DNA of 58,687 nucleotides, filler included, from Nemertoderma westbladi (Eukaryota; Animalia; Xenacoelomorpha): NCBI GenBank assembly GCA_032718475.1. It is 3 parts of 3 records of this genome, joined end to end, with 100 filler letters (N's around TTAATTAATTAA, not from the genome) between each part and the next. Parts side by side here need not be neighbours in the genome. Positions count along the whole stretch, not along the records: positions 35,558 to 58,687 come from JAUCBJ010006745.1; 2 more parts are not named here. One strand, 5' to 3'. Shown piece by piece: positions 47,645 to 58,687 of this stretch (position 1 is its first letter; each line of letters starts with the position of its first letter). The notes under the pieces were generated by a model. It saw only the letters and a program-made list of their open reading frames with translations, ran no database searches and was not told where the DNA came from. The position numbers and the translations under genes were made by a program.

Positions 47645-48690
47645 GACAACATTTGTGTCTACGGTTGACGGTGACACAGAACCATTTGAAGTGTTATGGG
47701 GCGTCCTCCAGGGAGACACACTTGCGCCATTCTTGTTCATAATTGTGGTTGACTATGCTCTACGCCTGTCCTTAGATCATCATAATGATGATGGGGTGAT
47801 AACTCCACCTACTGGCTCCAGAAGTCGAGGAAATCCTGCCAAGTACCTAACTGATCTAGACTTTGCTGATGACTTAGGAGTACTCTCAGAATCACTAGAG
47901 GGTGCCCAACGGCTCCTCAGGTCATTAGAACATGCTGCTTCTAGTGTTGGTCTTTTTATTAACTCCAGAAATACCAAAATTTTGACAGTTAACTTTGAAA
48001 GTCATCAGCAAGTCTCTGATCGGATGAGCATGAGCTCAAAGGATGGTATGCTTAAGCATGTGGACGACTTCTGTTACCTGGGATCATGGATCCGGAAGTC
48101 AGGTGAGGAGGACCTTCGAATACATAAGGGAAAGGCATGGGCATCCTTGAATAGGCTTTCCAGGATTTGAAAGTCACCGAGAATTAATCGGCAACTTAAG
48201 GTCCGATTATTTAGAGCAGCAGTAGTTCCAGTACTCCTCTATGGGAGTCCATGCTGGGCTCTAACTGCTGAAGACACCAAATCTCTGGATTGCACATTCA
48301 CAAGAATGCTACGCCGGGTGCATTGTGTCAAGTACAATGCACACATCTCCAACCAGACACTATATAACATTGGAGGTGTCTCATTGGTTCCCCCAAGCTT
48401 GACACTAGAACAAAATCGCCTCCGCTTTGCAGGACATTGCTTTCGCCGTGTGGACCAGCCAGTGCATAATCTTGTACTTTGGCAGCCTCATGGAGTGAAT
48501 AAGCATGGTGGACAGCCCATGACTTTCTTGAGACGCATCTTAAAGGACACTGGCCTTGAAGATGCGGATGATCTAGCAAATGTCATGGGTAATAGGGAGT
48601 TGTGGCGGTGCAATTTTGTTGACAAGCCGGCACAGCATTCTTAAAAATTCAGCTGCAATGCAGCATGCCGATCCTAGTAGTAGTAGTGCT
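47645..48690 (+). mobile_element. 5'-truncated RTE LINE, same family as 16652..17724, retaining its 3' end
   Basis: RT motifs GVLQGDTLAPFLF and FADD; premature TGA at 48168-48170; the ORF C-terminus ends at 48644 and a short (TAG)n tail follows at ~48675-48686. Confidence 0.92.
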
Positions 48691-49099
48691 ATAGTGAGCT
48701 CTCGGTACTCCCGAATTCTGAGGTCAGTCCTTGGGTCATTTTTTTTGAAGGCATATATTCAGGAACTGTTTCTGAGCTGCTGCCTAAACTGCCTCTGTCA
48801 AGGTAGGATATCCCTTTCAGTGAATTCCTCAAGGGCCTCATATCAGTTGCTCAGCTGTAGTGTGAAGCTAGATGTCACATTGGGTTATTGCAACAGAGAC
48901 GACCAATCAAGCAAGGCCTATTCCTTTGTTTTACTAGTGTTGAGAATAAGTTTTACCTAAGCCTCAACAAGATTAAGATCAGTAGTGAAGGGACGAATAG
49001 TAAATCCCGTACTGTCTTGTATAGTATTTCTTACCACCCTCTGTTACCTCTCTTTGTTACCACTCTATCTCTAGTAGTGGGTAAGACAGGCATGGTGTT

Positions 49100-51710
49100 A
49101 GGAATTAGGATATAAATGAGGCCATTTGTTATTCCACAGGCCTCTAGTGGCCGGACCTCCTTCCGCATTATGCAGCTCACTGCTAGACCACTGCTGCCAG
49201 GTGAAGGTCGCGGGGAGTGTACTCAAATTGGAGATGAGAGCACTCTACTGCTGACCATCAGCCATTGGATTGTGTTGTGTTAAGAAAGCACTGATATCGG
49301 TATGGGATTTCGGTATTCCAGAGTAATATATAATTTTTCATGTGGGGCGAACAATGATAGTAACTAAGCTCCCATACTATCTCAACCTCATGTCTGTCTG
49401 ATGTCCTATCCATCGGTCGGACTGTCGGTTGGGTTGTCACTTTCAAGGCTCAGCCATAAAACCTTGTTACGCAGGGACACAATGTTAAAGTCATTGCTGG
49501 TGACCTGAATGCGCAAAATGGCCCAGAAGACATCAAGTGTTAGACCCATAACACCAGTTCTAACATAAATGGGTATTTACTTTTAGACCTAATGGAAGAA
49601 TGTGAATTGATACCAACAAACAACACATTCGAAAAGAGTAAGGGGAAGCTATAGACCTTTCAATACCCTAATGGAACCAAAGCACAACTGGATTACATCA
49701 TTATAAACAAAAAGAGGAGTAACAGCATGACCAACTGCGAGGCATACAGCTCGTTCAACCTAATTGGTTCGGACGACAGAATTGTGACTGCAGAGATCAG
49801 ACGCAGTTTGAGAGCCAGCAAACCCAGGACAAGGAATCAGCTAAGAGGCATATCCCCCAGAAACCCAAACGAAAACAGTATGTGCCATGGCAAAACTCTG
49901 ACATTACTTGTAAGAGAGAAGATCTTAAGATAGCCTACAAAGTAAAAACCGAACAACCAACAACCGAAAACATTAACTAGGTTGAGAAAGCTAAGGACGA
50001 TCTTAAATTGGCCTACAACATCAGCCAGGAAAAGTACATACAGGATAAAATCGAAGCAATTACAACTGCTCACATACAGCAACAATCAAGACTTACCTGG
50101 CAACCCTTACCTTACCTTACTTACCTTACAAAATGGTAAATGAGGTATCTGGTCGGAAAAGTTGTTCAAAGGGGCGCCTCAAAGCCGATAGTCCTGAAGA
50201 ACGTGGTGAGAAGTTAAAAAATCACTTAAGCAACTTGCTTGGGCAGCCACCAAACATCAAGGTCAGCCCTACAAGGAAAATATATGACAAAACACTACCT
50301 AGAGAAACAGGGGACTTCACATCTGCCGAACCCCAAAGAAGCATTAAAAGCATGTCCAATAATAAAGTGAGTGGATTAGATGAAATCCCAGCGGAGGTCT
50401 GGAAAACAGGAGTGCTAAACAGACCATTATTGAATGTTTGCAACCGGATATTAAAAGATGAAAAGCCACCACCAATTTGGACTAAAGGTTAACTAAAGCC
50501 TCTGCCCAAGAAAGGAGACCTCGGTATACCAACAAACTATCGTGGGATCTGCCTGCTTGTGGTAGCTGCCAAAATACAATTACAAAATATATAAAATACG
50601 AAACGGATTTCGACCAAATATAGCTCAGATACTTGCACTACGAGACTGATTGAAGGAATTAATTCAAAGAATCTTCCCGCAGTCATGACTTTTGTGGACT
50701 TCAAAAAGGCATTCGACTCCATCCATAGATGGAAAATGCTTGAAATCCTAAGAGCTTATGGAATACCAGAAGTAATTGTTGCTGGCATTGGATTGTTATA
50801 TTGTGACACAGAAGCACAGGTACTTAGTTTCACCAGATGGTGAAACTGCGTTTTTCTCAATCCAGGCTGGCGTACTGCAAGGTGACACATTAGCACCATT
50901 GCTATTTGTAATTGTACTGGATTACGCAATGAGGACGGCCACAAAGAGTGAAGATCTGGGATTCACACTTCAAGAACGTAGAAGCAGAAGTAGTAGATAA
51001 CCGGCAACTACAGTCACAGACACCGACTTTGAGGATGACATCGCCCTGCTCTCTAATACGCTAGCAGATGCACAGCTTCTACTGAATAATGTGGAGAGGG
51101 CTGCTATGGTTGCATATAAATGCTACCAAGACCGAATTCATGATCTTTAATGTTGATGGAAACTTGACAACCATTGATAATAATCAACTAAGGAAGGTCG
51201 ACGACTTCCAGTACCTTAGATCATGGATAGAGAGTAGCAAAAAGGACATAGAAGTTAGGAAAGCAAAGGCATGGGTAGCTCTATCAAAAATGGATACCAT
51301 CTGGAAATCAGATCTCTCCAGGCACCTGGAGACTAAGTTCTTTCGAGTCACAGTGGAAAATGTATTTTTATACGGGGGTGAGACCTGGAGACTGACTAAA
51401 TCACTTGAACAACGAATTGATGGTTGCTACACAAGACTACTAAGGGCAGCCCTAAACATCAGCTGTAGACACATGACAAACTCCGAGCTTTATGGTACAA
51501 TACCACCTGTATCAACCACCCTCCGTGAACGCAGATTAAGATTCAGTGGGTACTGCTGGCGAAGTAAAGACGAGGTCATACCAGATATACTTTTCTGGCA
51601 ACCAACTCATGGAAAGCGTAGTCGTGGACACCCGGCCATAACATATATAGATCAACTTGAAAGGGATACGAAATTGAGACAACTATGGAGAATCGGAAGC
51701 CTGGAATGAT
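49100..51710 (+). mobile_element. Degenerate RTE LINE of a second family (APE endonuclease and RT remnants)
   Basis: Endonuclease remnants IAGDLNA and AQLDYIIINK; SGLDEIPAEVWK, NYRGI, FVDFKKAFDSIHR, GVLQGDTLAP, DTDFEDDIAL, FQYL.SWI and RRLRFSG. Many stops and frameshifts; the 5' boundary is approximate. Confidence 0.88.
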
Positions 51711-51711
51711 C

Positions 51712-52268
51712 TGTGACGGGATCCAGGGAGGATCCCGTCACCCAGGATTTATCCTGGGTTTATCCGGTTTGTTAATTCACGCGTCCCCGCCGTGAGTGAA
51801 GAGTGAAGGAGTTTGTGTTGTTCGTCGTGTATAATGTTCGGGCACAAAGATATAGATATAGATATGGATAATGTTGTCGTACACGGAAGGCGGGATACGG
51901 TAATTAAAGTCCCGGTCCTTCCCTAGCTAAACTAACTAACCTAACTAGCACCAATATGATACTGAGATAACTGAATGAAATGATTACTGCCAACTGGTTA
52001 TATTGCACGGGTTGGCCTTGTTACTCTACCTAGCCGATGCCTTTCCCCCCTCTGATTGGTTGATACCCTTGTTGGCGCCCTTTGGAGTGTTCCCGTTCAC
52101 TCCACCTATTCTCTCTCGGTTAGGGGTTTGGCCTCTGACCCTTATTGTGTTTCTCCTTCCCATTTTGTTGGGGTGACACGAGTTATTGGTTGCCCAATCT
52201 CGTGGCCCCCAATATTGCTTATCGGCTTACTTTATGGGTTTGGGTTAGCGGAATTGAATAAGCTAACA
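51712..52268 (-). mobile_element. 3' LTR (copy 1) of a minus-strand LTR retrotransposon
   Basis: TGT...ACA termini, immediately followed by CTCCCCCCC (52269-52277), which is a polypurine tract GGGGGGGAG on the minus strand. Near-identical second copy at 52926-53455. Confidence 0.88.
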
Positions 52269-52925
52269 CTCCCCCCCATGCTATCTTCCCGGTAAGAAGA
52301 TAGCATCCAACTAAAGTGCGCTACAATTCCGCTGGATCCCGATCTAGTATCGGGTGTGGGGTGGGTTTATTTTCTTTCGGAGCCGGCTTTCCAGGCCGCT
52401 CCCTATGGGTATGATGTCACTACCCTCTGGCGCCTCGTGTCGGGCCGATCGTGCGCTTCTCTCACACAATTTTTGTTTCCCCGGCACTCTCACCACTCTA
52501 GCTCCGCTCTCTAACTCAACTCCCCAGTCTTACTCTCTCCCCACACCTGAATCGCACTCTAACTTCTCTCCATACTCCTCTCACTATCTCCTCTCTACCA
52601 CTCTCTAAGGCCCTAATCTCTAATGCTACCCCTGTGCTATCATACTATCTACCTACTACGTACTTGCTAACTATCTAACTATCTTACCTTCTACTAACTC
52701 TCTGACTCTAACTAGCTCTACTAAGTCTAACTAACTCCTACTAACTCTCTACTTCTACTAACTCTACTTGACTCTTACCGACTCTTCTAACTACGTGGCG
52801 CTTAGGGTGCCCACAACCCCTTCACTACTACTAACTCTAACTAAACCCTCTAGGTCTACCAACTCTCTAGCCCTTTAACTAGAACTCTCTATCTCTACCC
52901 ACTCTTCTAACTACGTGGTGCTTGC

Positions 52926-53455
52926 GTGACGGGATCCAGGGAGGATCCCGGTTTATCCGGTTTGTTAATTCACGTGTCCCCGCCGTGTGTGAAGAGTGAA
53001 GGAGTTTGCGTTGTTCGTCGTGTATAATGTTCGGGTACAAAGATATAGATATGGATAATGTTGTCGTACACGGAAGGCGGGATACGGTAATTAAAGTCCC
53101 GGTCCTTCCCTAGCTAAACTAACTAACCTAACTAGCACCAATATGATACTGAGATAACTGAATGAAATGATTACTGCCAACTGGTTATATTGCACGGGTT
53201 GGCCTTGTTACTCTACCTAGCCGATGCCTTTCCCCCCTCTGATTGGTTGATACCCTTGTTGGCGCCCTTTGGAGTGTTCCCGTTCACTCCACCTATTCTC
53301 TCTCGGTTAGGGGTTTGGCCCCTGACCCTTATTGTGTTTCTCCTTCCCATTTTGTTGGGGTGACACGAGTTATTGGTTGCCCAATCTCGTGGCCCCCAAT
53401 ATTGCTTATCGGCTTACTTTATGGGTTTGGGTTAGCGGAATTGAATAAGCTAACA
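52926..53455 (-). mobile_element. 3' LTR (copy 2), also followed by the PPT and the same internal sequence
   Basis: Aligns with copy 1 (near-identical ORFs at 52056 and 53243); lacks the terminal T and a ~20-25-bp segment near its left end; PPT at 53456-53464. Confidence 0.85.
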
Positions 53456-56400
53456 CTCCCCCCCATGCTATCTTCCCGGTAAGAAGATAGCATCCAACTA
53501 AAGTGCGCTACAATTCCGCTGGATCCCGATCTAGTATCGGGTGTGGGGTGGGTCTATTTTCTTTCGGAGCCGGCTTTCCAGGCCGCTCCCTATGGGTATG
53601 ATGTCACTACCCTCTGGCGCCTTGTGTCGGGCCGATCGTGCGCTTCTCTCACACAATTTTTGTTTCCCCGGCACACTCACCATTCTCAACCTAACTCTCG
53701 CATACTCCCGGACCTCCTCGTCCCACACTCTTCCTCTCACTTCTCCTCCCCCACACTTGAATTGCGCCCACGCTCTCTTCGCACTCCGCACTATCACTTC
53801 TCTACTCTCTGTCACCCCCTAAGGCCCTAATTTCTAATGCTACCCCTGCGCTATCATACTATCTACCTACTACTTACTTGCTAACTATCTGACTCTCTTA
53901 CTAACTCTAACTATCTCTCTAAGCCTACTAACTTTAACTCTACTAAGTCTAACTAACTCCTACTAACTCTCTACTTCTACTAGCTCTCTCTAACTCTTAC
54001 CGACTCTTCTAACTACGTGGCGCTTACGGCGCCCACGACCACTCTACTATCTGGCACCCTATGTGCCCTTCCACTACTCAACTACCTCTCTAACTCTACT
54101 ACCTGGCACCCTATGTGCCCTCTCTACTACTCTACTCTATCTCTAACTCTCTAACTCTACTACCTGGCACCCTATGTGCCCGTCTCTACTATTCTACTAC
54201 CTCTAACTCTCTAACTCTACTACCCGGCACCCTATGTGCCCTCTCTACTACTCTACTCTATCTCTAACTTACTTCCTTTACATCTACTCGCCTGCACGTA
54301 TCTACATCTTACTCCCTTTCGTCTACTCGACTGCACGTGACGCTCTGAGTGCCGGCAGAGTGGGTACGTTAATTATGTGAACTACTACTAACTCTTACTA
54401 ACTCTACTAACTCTCTACTAACTCAACTAACTCTACTAACTCTCTACTGACTCAACTAACTCTACTACTAACTTTTGTGCCCGGCACCTCTTGTGCCCGG
54501 CACCCACCCTAATTAACATACCCTGCTCTTACATCAATCACGTCATCACGCCCGTGCCCCACTAAGTTCAGCTCATCCCCTACTAACTCTAACTACGTGG
54601 CGCTTACGGTGCCCACAACCTCTACTGCTTACTACTTCCTATGTGGCGCTTACGGTGCCCACGACCACTCTAAGTACGTGGCGCTTCCGGTGCCCACAAC
54701 CACTCTACTGCTACTACTTCTACTCTGCTACTCTCTCTTAACGGTACTACGTACCCTCTCACTAACTCTAACTAACTAACTAACTAACGGTACTACGTAC
54801 CCTCTTACTAACTCTAACTCCACTAACTAACGGTACTACGTACCCTCTAACTCTTACTCTAACTAGCGGTACTACGTACCCTCTAACTACTCTAACTCCA
54901 CTAACTAACGGTACTACGTACCCTCTAACTACTCTAACTCCACTAACTAATGGTACTACGTACCCTCTTACTACTTCTCTAACACCTCTAACTAAATGAC
55001 TCTTAACTCTCCTAACTAACTAACTAACTAACGGTACTACTCTCTTACTACCTAACTTCTACCTACTTTATTATTTAATTATTTTATTATTTTTAATTAA
55101 ATAATTATGTTATATTTTATGCGTGGGAAGGGCGTCTCGCCCTCATTCCCACCCCCCTCAGTCCAAAACTTTGGACGACTAAAAACTCTCTGGTGCCCCT
55201 TCTTCCAGTAGGCACTCTCCCACTGCCCTCCTATACGTCCTCTAACTCTTCGCCACACTCTCTTCGATACTACCTCTGCTGGCCTCCCCCTTCGTATGTG
55301 CGCTGGCATTAAAGCCCTCGACGACCCCCGCTCGTCCCTCGGTATACACGGTGTCTGCCCATGCAATGCCCCCTCGCACTGTGTCAGTCCTGCGTGTGTA
55401 TGCAACACGCCTCCTTCTACTTTCCCGACTCCTTTATGTTTGCTCATGGGCTTCTCTGCCCCTGGTTTAGTCCTTTCACATCCTCTCCCTTTCCAACACT
55501 CTCCGGATCTGTGTCCTTTTACCACACATCGATGACATAGTCCGTTTGCGTCTGTGTAGGCTACACGATCTCGTTTGGGCAACGCTTGCCAGTACTTGCA
55601 ACTCCTGGTCTTATGGGTTCCGTCCCGATGTAATTGACATTCGAATCCTGGATTATAGCGTTTCCTGTATAGTCCTTCACGTATCGCGCTTAGGTTTATA
55701 TGTACCGATTTAATGTTTTGGTTGTCTAGACTCGGCCTACTGGGTATATTGGGATTGTGTTTATTTTTGGTGTTATTTTCTTTCTGTCCCTGCCACGGTG
55801 TGGCCCTGCTACCAGCTAACTGTGGACTAGCAGTCCCCTGTATGGCCGCGTGTGGTAGTGACTGTCCGCACGACCTGTTCTCGTCCAAGGGGTTCGATGT
55901 TCTTGCTCCTATTGGGGTATATTGTCGATATTGTGATGGGGGAATGTCACCCTGTCCCCCCCCCCCCGGCCGGTATGTTTGGTACTGGGGTTGATGTTAA
56001 TACATTGGGGCCCATACGTCTATCTCCAATAACTCCCCCCTCCCCTGGATATATGTTATGTCCCTGTGTATTATAGTCATGCTGCTGTACCGATATAGGC
56101 CTACCCACTTCTTGCCTACCTACCGGTATGTACTCCGCGGCTTCCGGGTTTAATCCCGTCGTTCGCGCTACCCTATCGCCTACTCTATCTCTCCCAGCAT
56201 GGCCTATAATAGTATGTGCAGTAAGGCCTACAGTATGTCCTGCAGTCTGCATGTGCCCTTCCGAACCGAAGTTTATTCTTCGCGAATCTCGAATCTCCCC
56301 GCGACTACCGTACTCTCGATCGGCAGCTATATCCCGTCGGGAAGCTTCTCTTCGATCCCCTCTCCTGTTCTCGACTTTGTATTGGTACGTCCTGTACCCC

Positions 56401-58687
56401 TCTCTTGGCGTGCGGTGCGTTTCTCCGGGGCGACGGCAATCTCCCGAAGTTCGACCCCACTGACTCCCTAACTCCATCTCTACTATCGACGGTCCGCTAT
56501 CCGTCCTCGCACTGCTATCGTTCGTGGCGACACTTCTTCTACTATCTTCTCTTCTTCTCTTTTCTGTGCAGTATTCCGGCTCGTGAGATCTCTCGTCGAC
56601 CTCCCGGTTAAACTCCACTGTTCTTCTTCCCTCTTCTGATCGGGCTCGACGCTTCGTCTGCCCTCTCGCGACGTCAACCTGCCTCTCTCTGCTCGATCGC
56701 ACGCCGCTGGGGATACTCGCAATCCCCCTATTACTCTCCGTCGCCGGGTGTTGCGGTTTACCTGATTCGGCCCGCGCATTATCCGCTGACGGCTGTGGGA
56801 CACTCTCTGCCCCCCCCTCTCTCTCTACTAACTTCTCGCGGTGGGGTGTCCGTAGCCCCCCCCCCACCCGCCACTTCTAACTTCACTATCTCTTACTACA
56901 CTTCTGCGTCCCTCTTGTGGGGCATTCTCTGCCCCCCCTCTCTCGCCACTAATCTCATGTGGTGGGGCGCCCGTAGCCCCCCCCCCCACCCGCCACATCT
57001 AACTTCACTATCTCTTACTTCGTCTCTACACCCCTCTCTAGTCGACGCACTGTCTCTACTACGGCTGGGTCTATTCACCCCCGCCTCTCTCTCTACTACT
57101 GCGTGGTCCATCAGGCCCACCTCGGGTTGGCTCAACCCCGCTACCTCCTGCCTACCAACTACGTGGCCTACCAGGCCGCCGTCGGGTTGGCTCAACCCTG
57201 CCACCTCCTGCCTACTAAGTACGTGGCCTACCAGGCCCCCGTCTGCCGGGTTATGTACGTCCGACACGCTCATATTAATAGCACCATTCCCAATATTATT
57301 TGTTAAATCAATTAAATTGTTAGAATTTGAAACGGGATATTATTTAAATTATTTAAATTAGGATTATTATTATTTTCAAAATTTAAATTATTATTCGAAT
57401 TATTTGAATTATTCTGAATATTTGAATTAATGTTATTATTTGAAATTTAAATTACTACTACCAGGTAAAATATTATTTGCTGCAATAAAGGGATTAGGGT
57501 TATCTACTACGGTACTATTAATATTAACTATCTCTAACGTACTACTATTACCCCCCCCCGCCCGTACGGCTACACCAGTTCTGGTTCTCTCGCCCGGTGT
57601 CTGTAAGTGGGGTCTCACTCTCTGACAGTTCCAACCGCGCCAGTTCTAGTCGGCGCTGATTCAGTTTGGCTTGATATTGTGTAAGCCTCTCTAGCTGGGC
57701 ACGCAAATCATCCTGCACGCGCTTACTCTCTATCTCTTTCTCTCGCATATTCTGTTCTTCCAACTCTGACCATCTCGCAGTCATCTCCAACCGCCTCGCC
57801 GACTCGCTCTCTACTCCCATCTCCCGCTCTCTACACTCCTCGGCTGCCTCTCTACACTCCTCGGCTCCCTCTCTACACCCCTCGGCTTCCTCTCTACACT
57901 CCCTCGCCCACTCTTCTTCTCCCTCCAACAATGCGGTTTTCTCTCTCAATTGCCACTCTAACTCATTCTGCTCATTCGCCACCGTTTCTAATTCACACGT
58001 CAGACCTATCTCCCGCACCCTTCTTTCTTTTGCGGAGGATGTAGCAGACTTATCGGTTGCGACGGACTCCCGTCGCCCCTCCGTCCCACCAACTTTCCCC
58101 CGCCTCCCGGAACTTCCTCCGACCGACGAGACCGAATCCTCGGGTTTAACCTCGGATTCGCCCTCCTCAGGTCTCTTCCAACCCACTAATTTTACTCCCC
58201 GGGCATCGACTAAGTATGGCCCTACGTACACTACGCTAGGTTCCATACCCCTACACTCCCATATTTCAATCAGTTCGTTGGCAACTCCCCTCGCCCTCTC
58301 CTCGGCTAGTTCTCTCTGCCCAAAACGCATTAGGTAATCAAAGTATCTGCTCGACTCACCTAGTCCTCTTGTCAATCTCACCTTGTCTATCTTCGCCCTT
58401 CCTCTGGCCTCTCTCAGTTGCTTCCGGGTCGCGAGGTAGGCCCGTCGAAGTCGATCAGAAACCCCGACGTCCTCGTCGCCGACCTCTCCTCCGTCTCTCC
58501 GGGCCCGACGTCGTACCGGCGGCCCCACCGTCGCCGTTCCGGTGGGTCGTCCGTCGCCCTCGGCCTGTGGCTGGCCGGCGACATCGGTACGTCGACCCTC
58601 GCTCTGCGTCGACTCGTCTTTCTCCCTTCCCGTCTCGTCCTCTCGCTGTAGACGGCCCCCCTCGTCTCGGATCGCCGGATGGCCCGT
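53456..58687 (-). mobile_element. Internal region of a BEL/Pao-like LTR element: fragmented gag, no pol, long CTA-rich repeat tract; continues beyond the window
   Basis: 55097..55888 has BEL/Pao-type knuckles CQLH....H....C and LCHRCVVKGHRSGEC. 57548..58528 has PEDSVSSVG..SSAKERR followed by a Glu/Arg coiled coil, as in BEL/Pao gag N-termini. No protease, RT, RNase H or integrase between gag and the PPT. Confidence 0.72.
54040..55040. repeat. Short motif arrays inside the LTR element (C.GGCACCCTATGTGCCC x4; A(C/T)GGTACTACGTACCCTCT x6; TACGTGGCGCTTACGG variants)
   Basis: Directly visible conserved motifs separated by low-complexity CTA/CTCT spacers. Confidence 0.8.

Noticed and set aside
1-58687. 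tRNA, rRNA or other structured ncRNA genes
   Set aside because: None recognised by eye; a tRNAscan-SE and Rfam scan would be needed to exclude them.

Overview
AT-rich, transposon-dense eukaryotic DNA, most likely from an invertebrate animal (inferred from gene content). It is three contigs joined by two artificial 100-bp linkers (44N-TTAATTAATTAA-44N at 18934-19033 and 35458-35557), so adjacency across them is unverified. Contig 1 holds a Pro-rich heptad-repeat ORF, a head-to-head pair of intronless CARD-type caspase paralogues with an atypical S1 pocket, a Kolobok-like element, an intronless histidyl-tRNA synthetase with a probable mitochondrial presequence, and a 53-bp satellite carrying a doubly truncated RTE reverse-transcriptase fragment. 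Contig 2 holds a 3.5-kb palindromic element with a PHD-finger remnant, nested non-autonomous DNA transposons and a two-exon LARP1. Contig 3 holds a 1642-aa single-ORF SAMD9-like STAND NTPase whose N-terminal effector looks like a DZIP3-type HEPN RNase instead of SAM/AlbA_2 (the best candidate for an undescribed immune system), followed by RTE LINE relics and a pol-less BEL/Pao-like LTR element. All family assignments come from motif recognition by eye; no database search was run.
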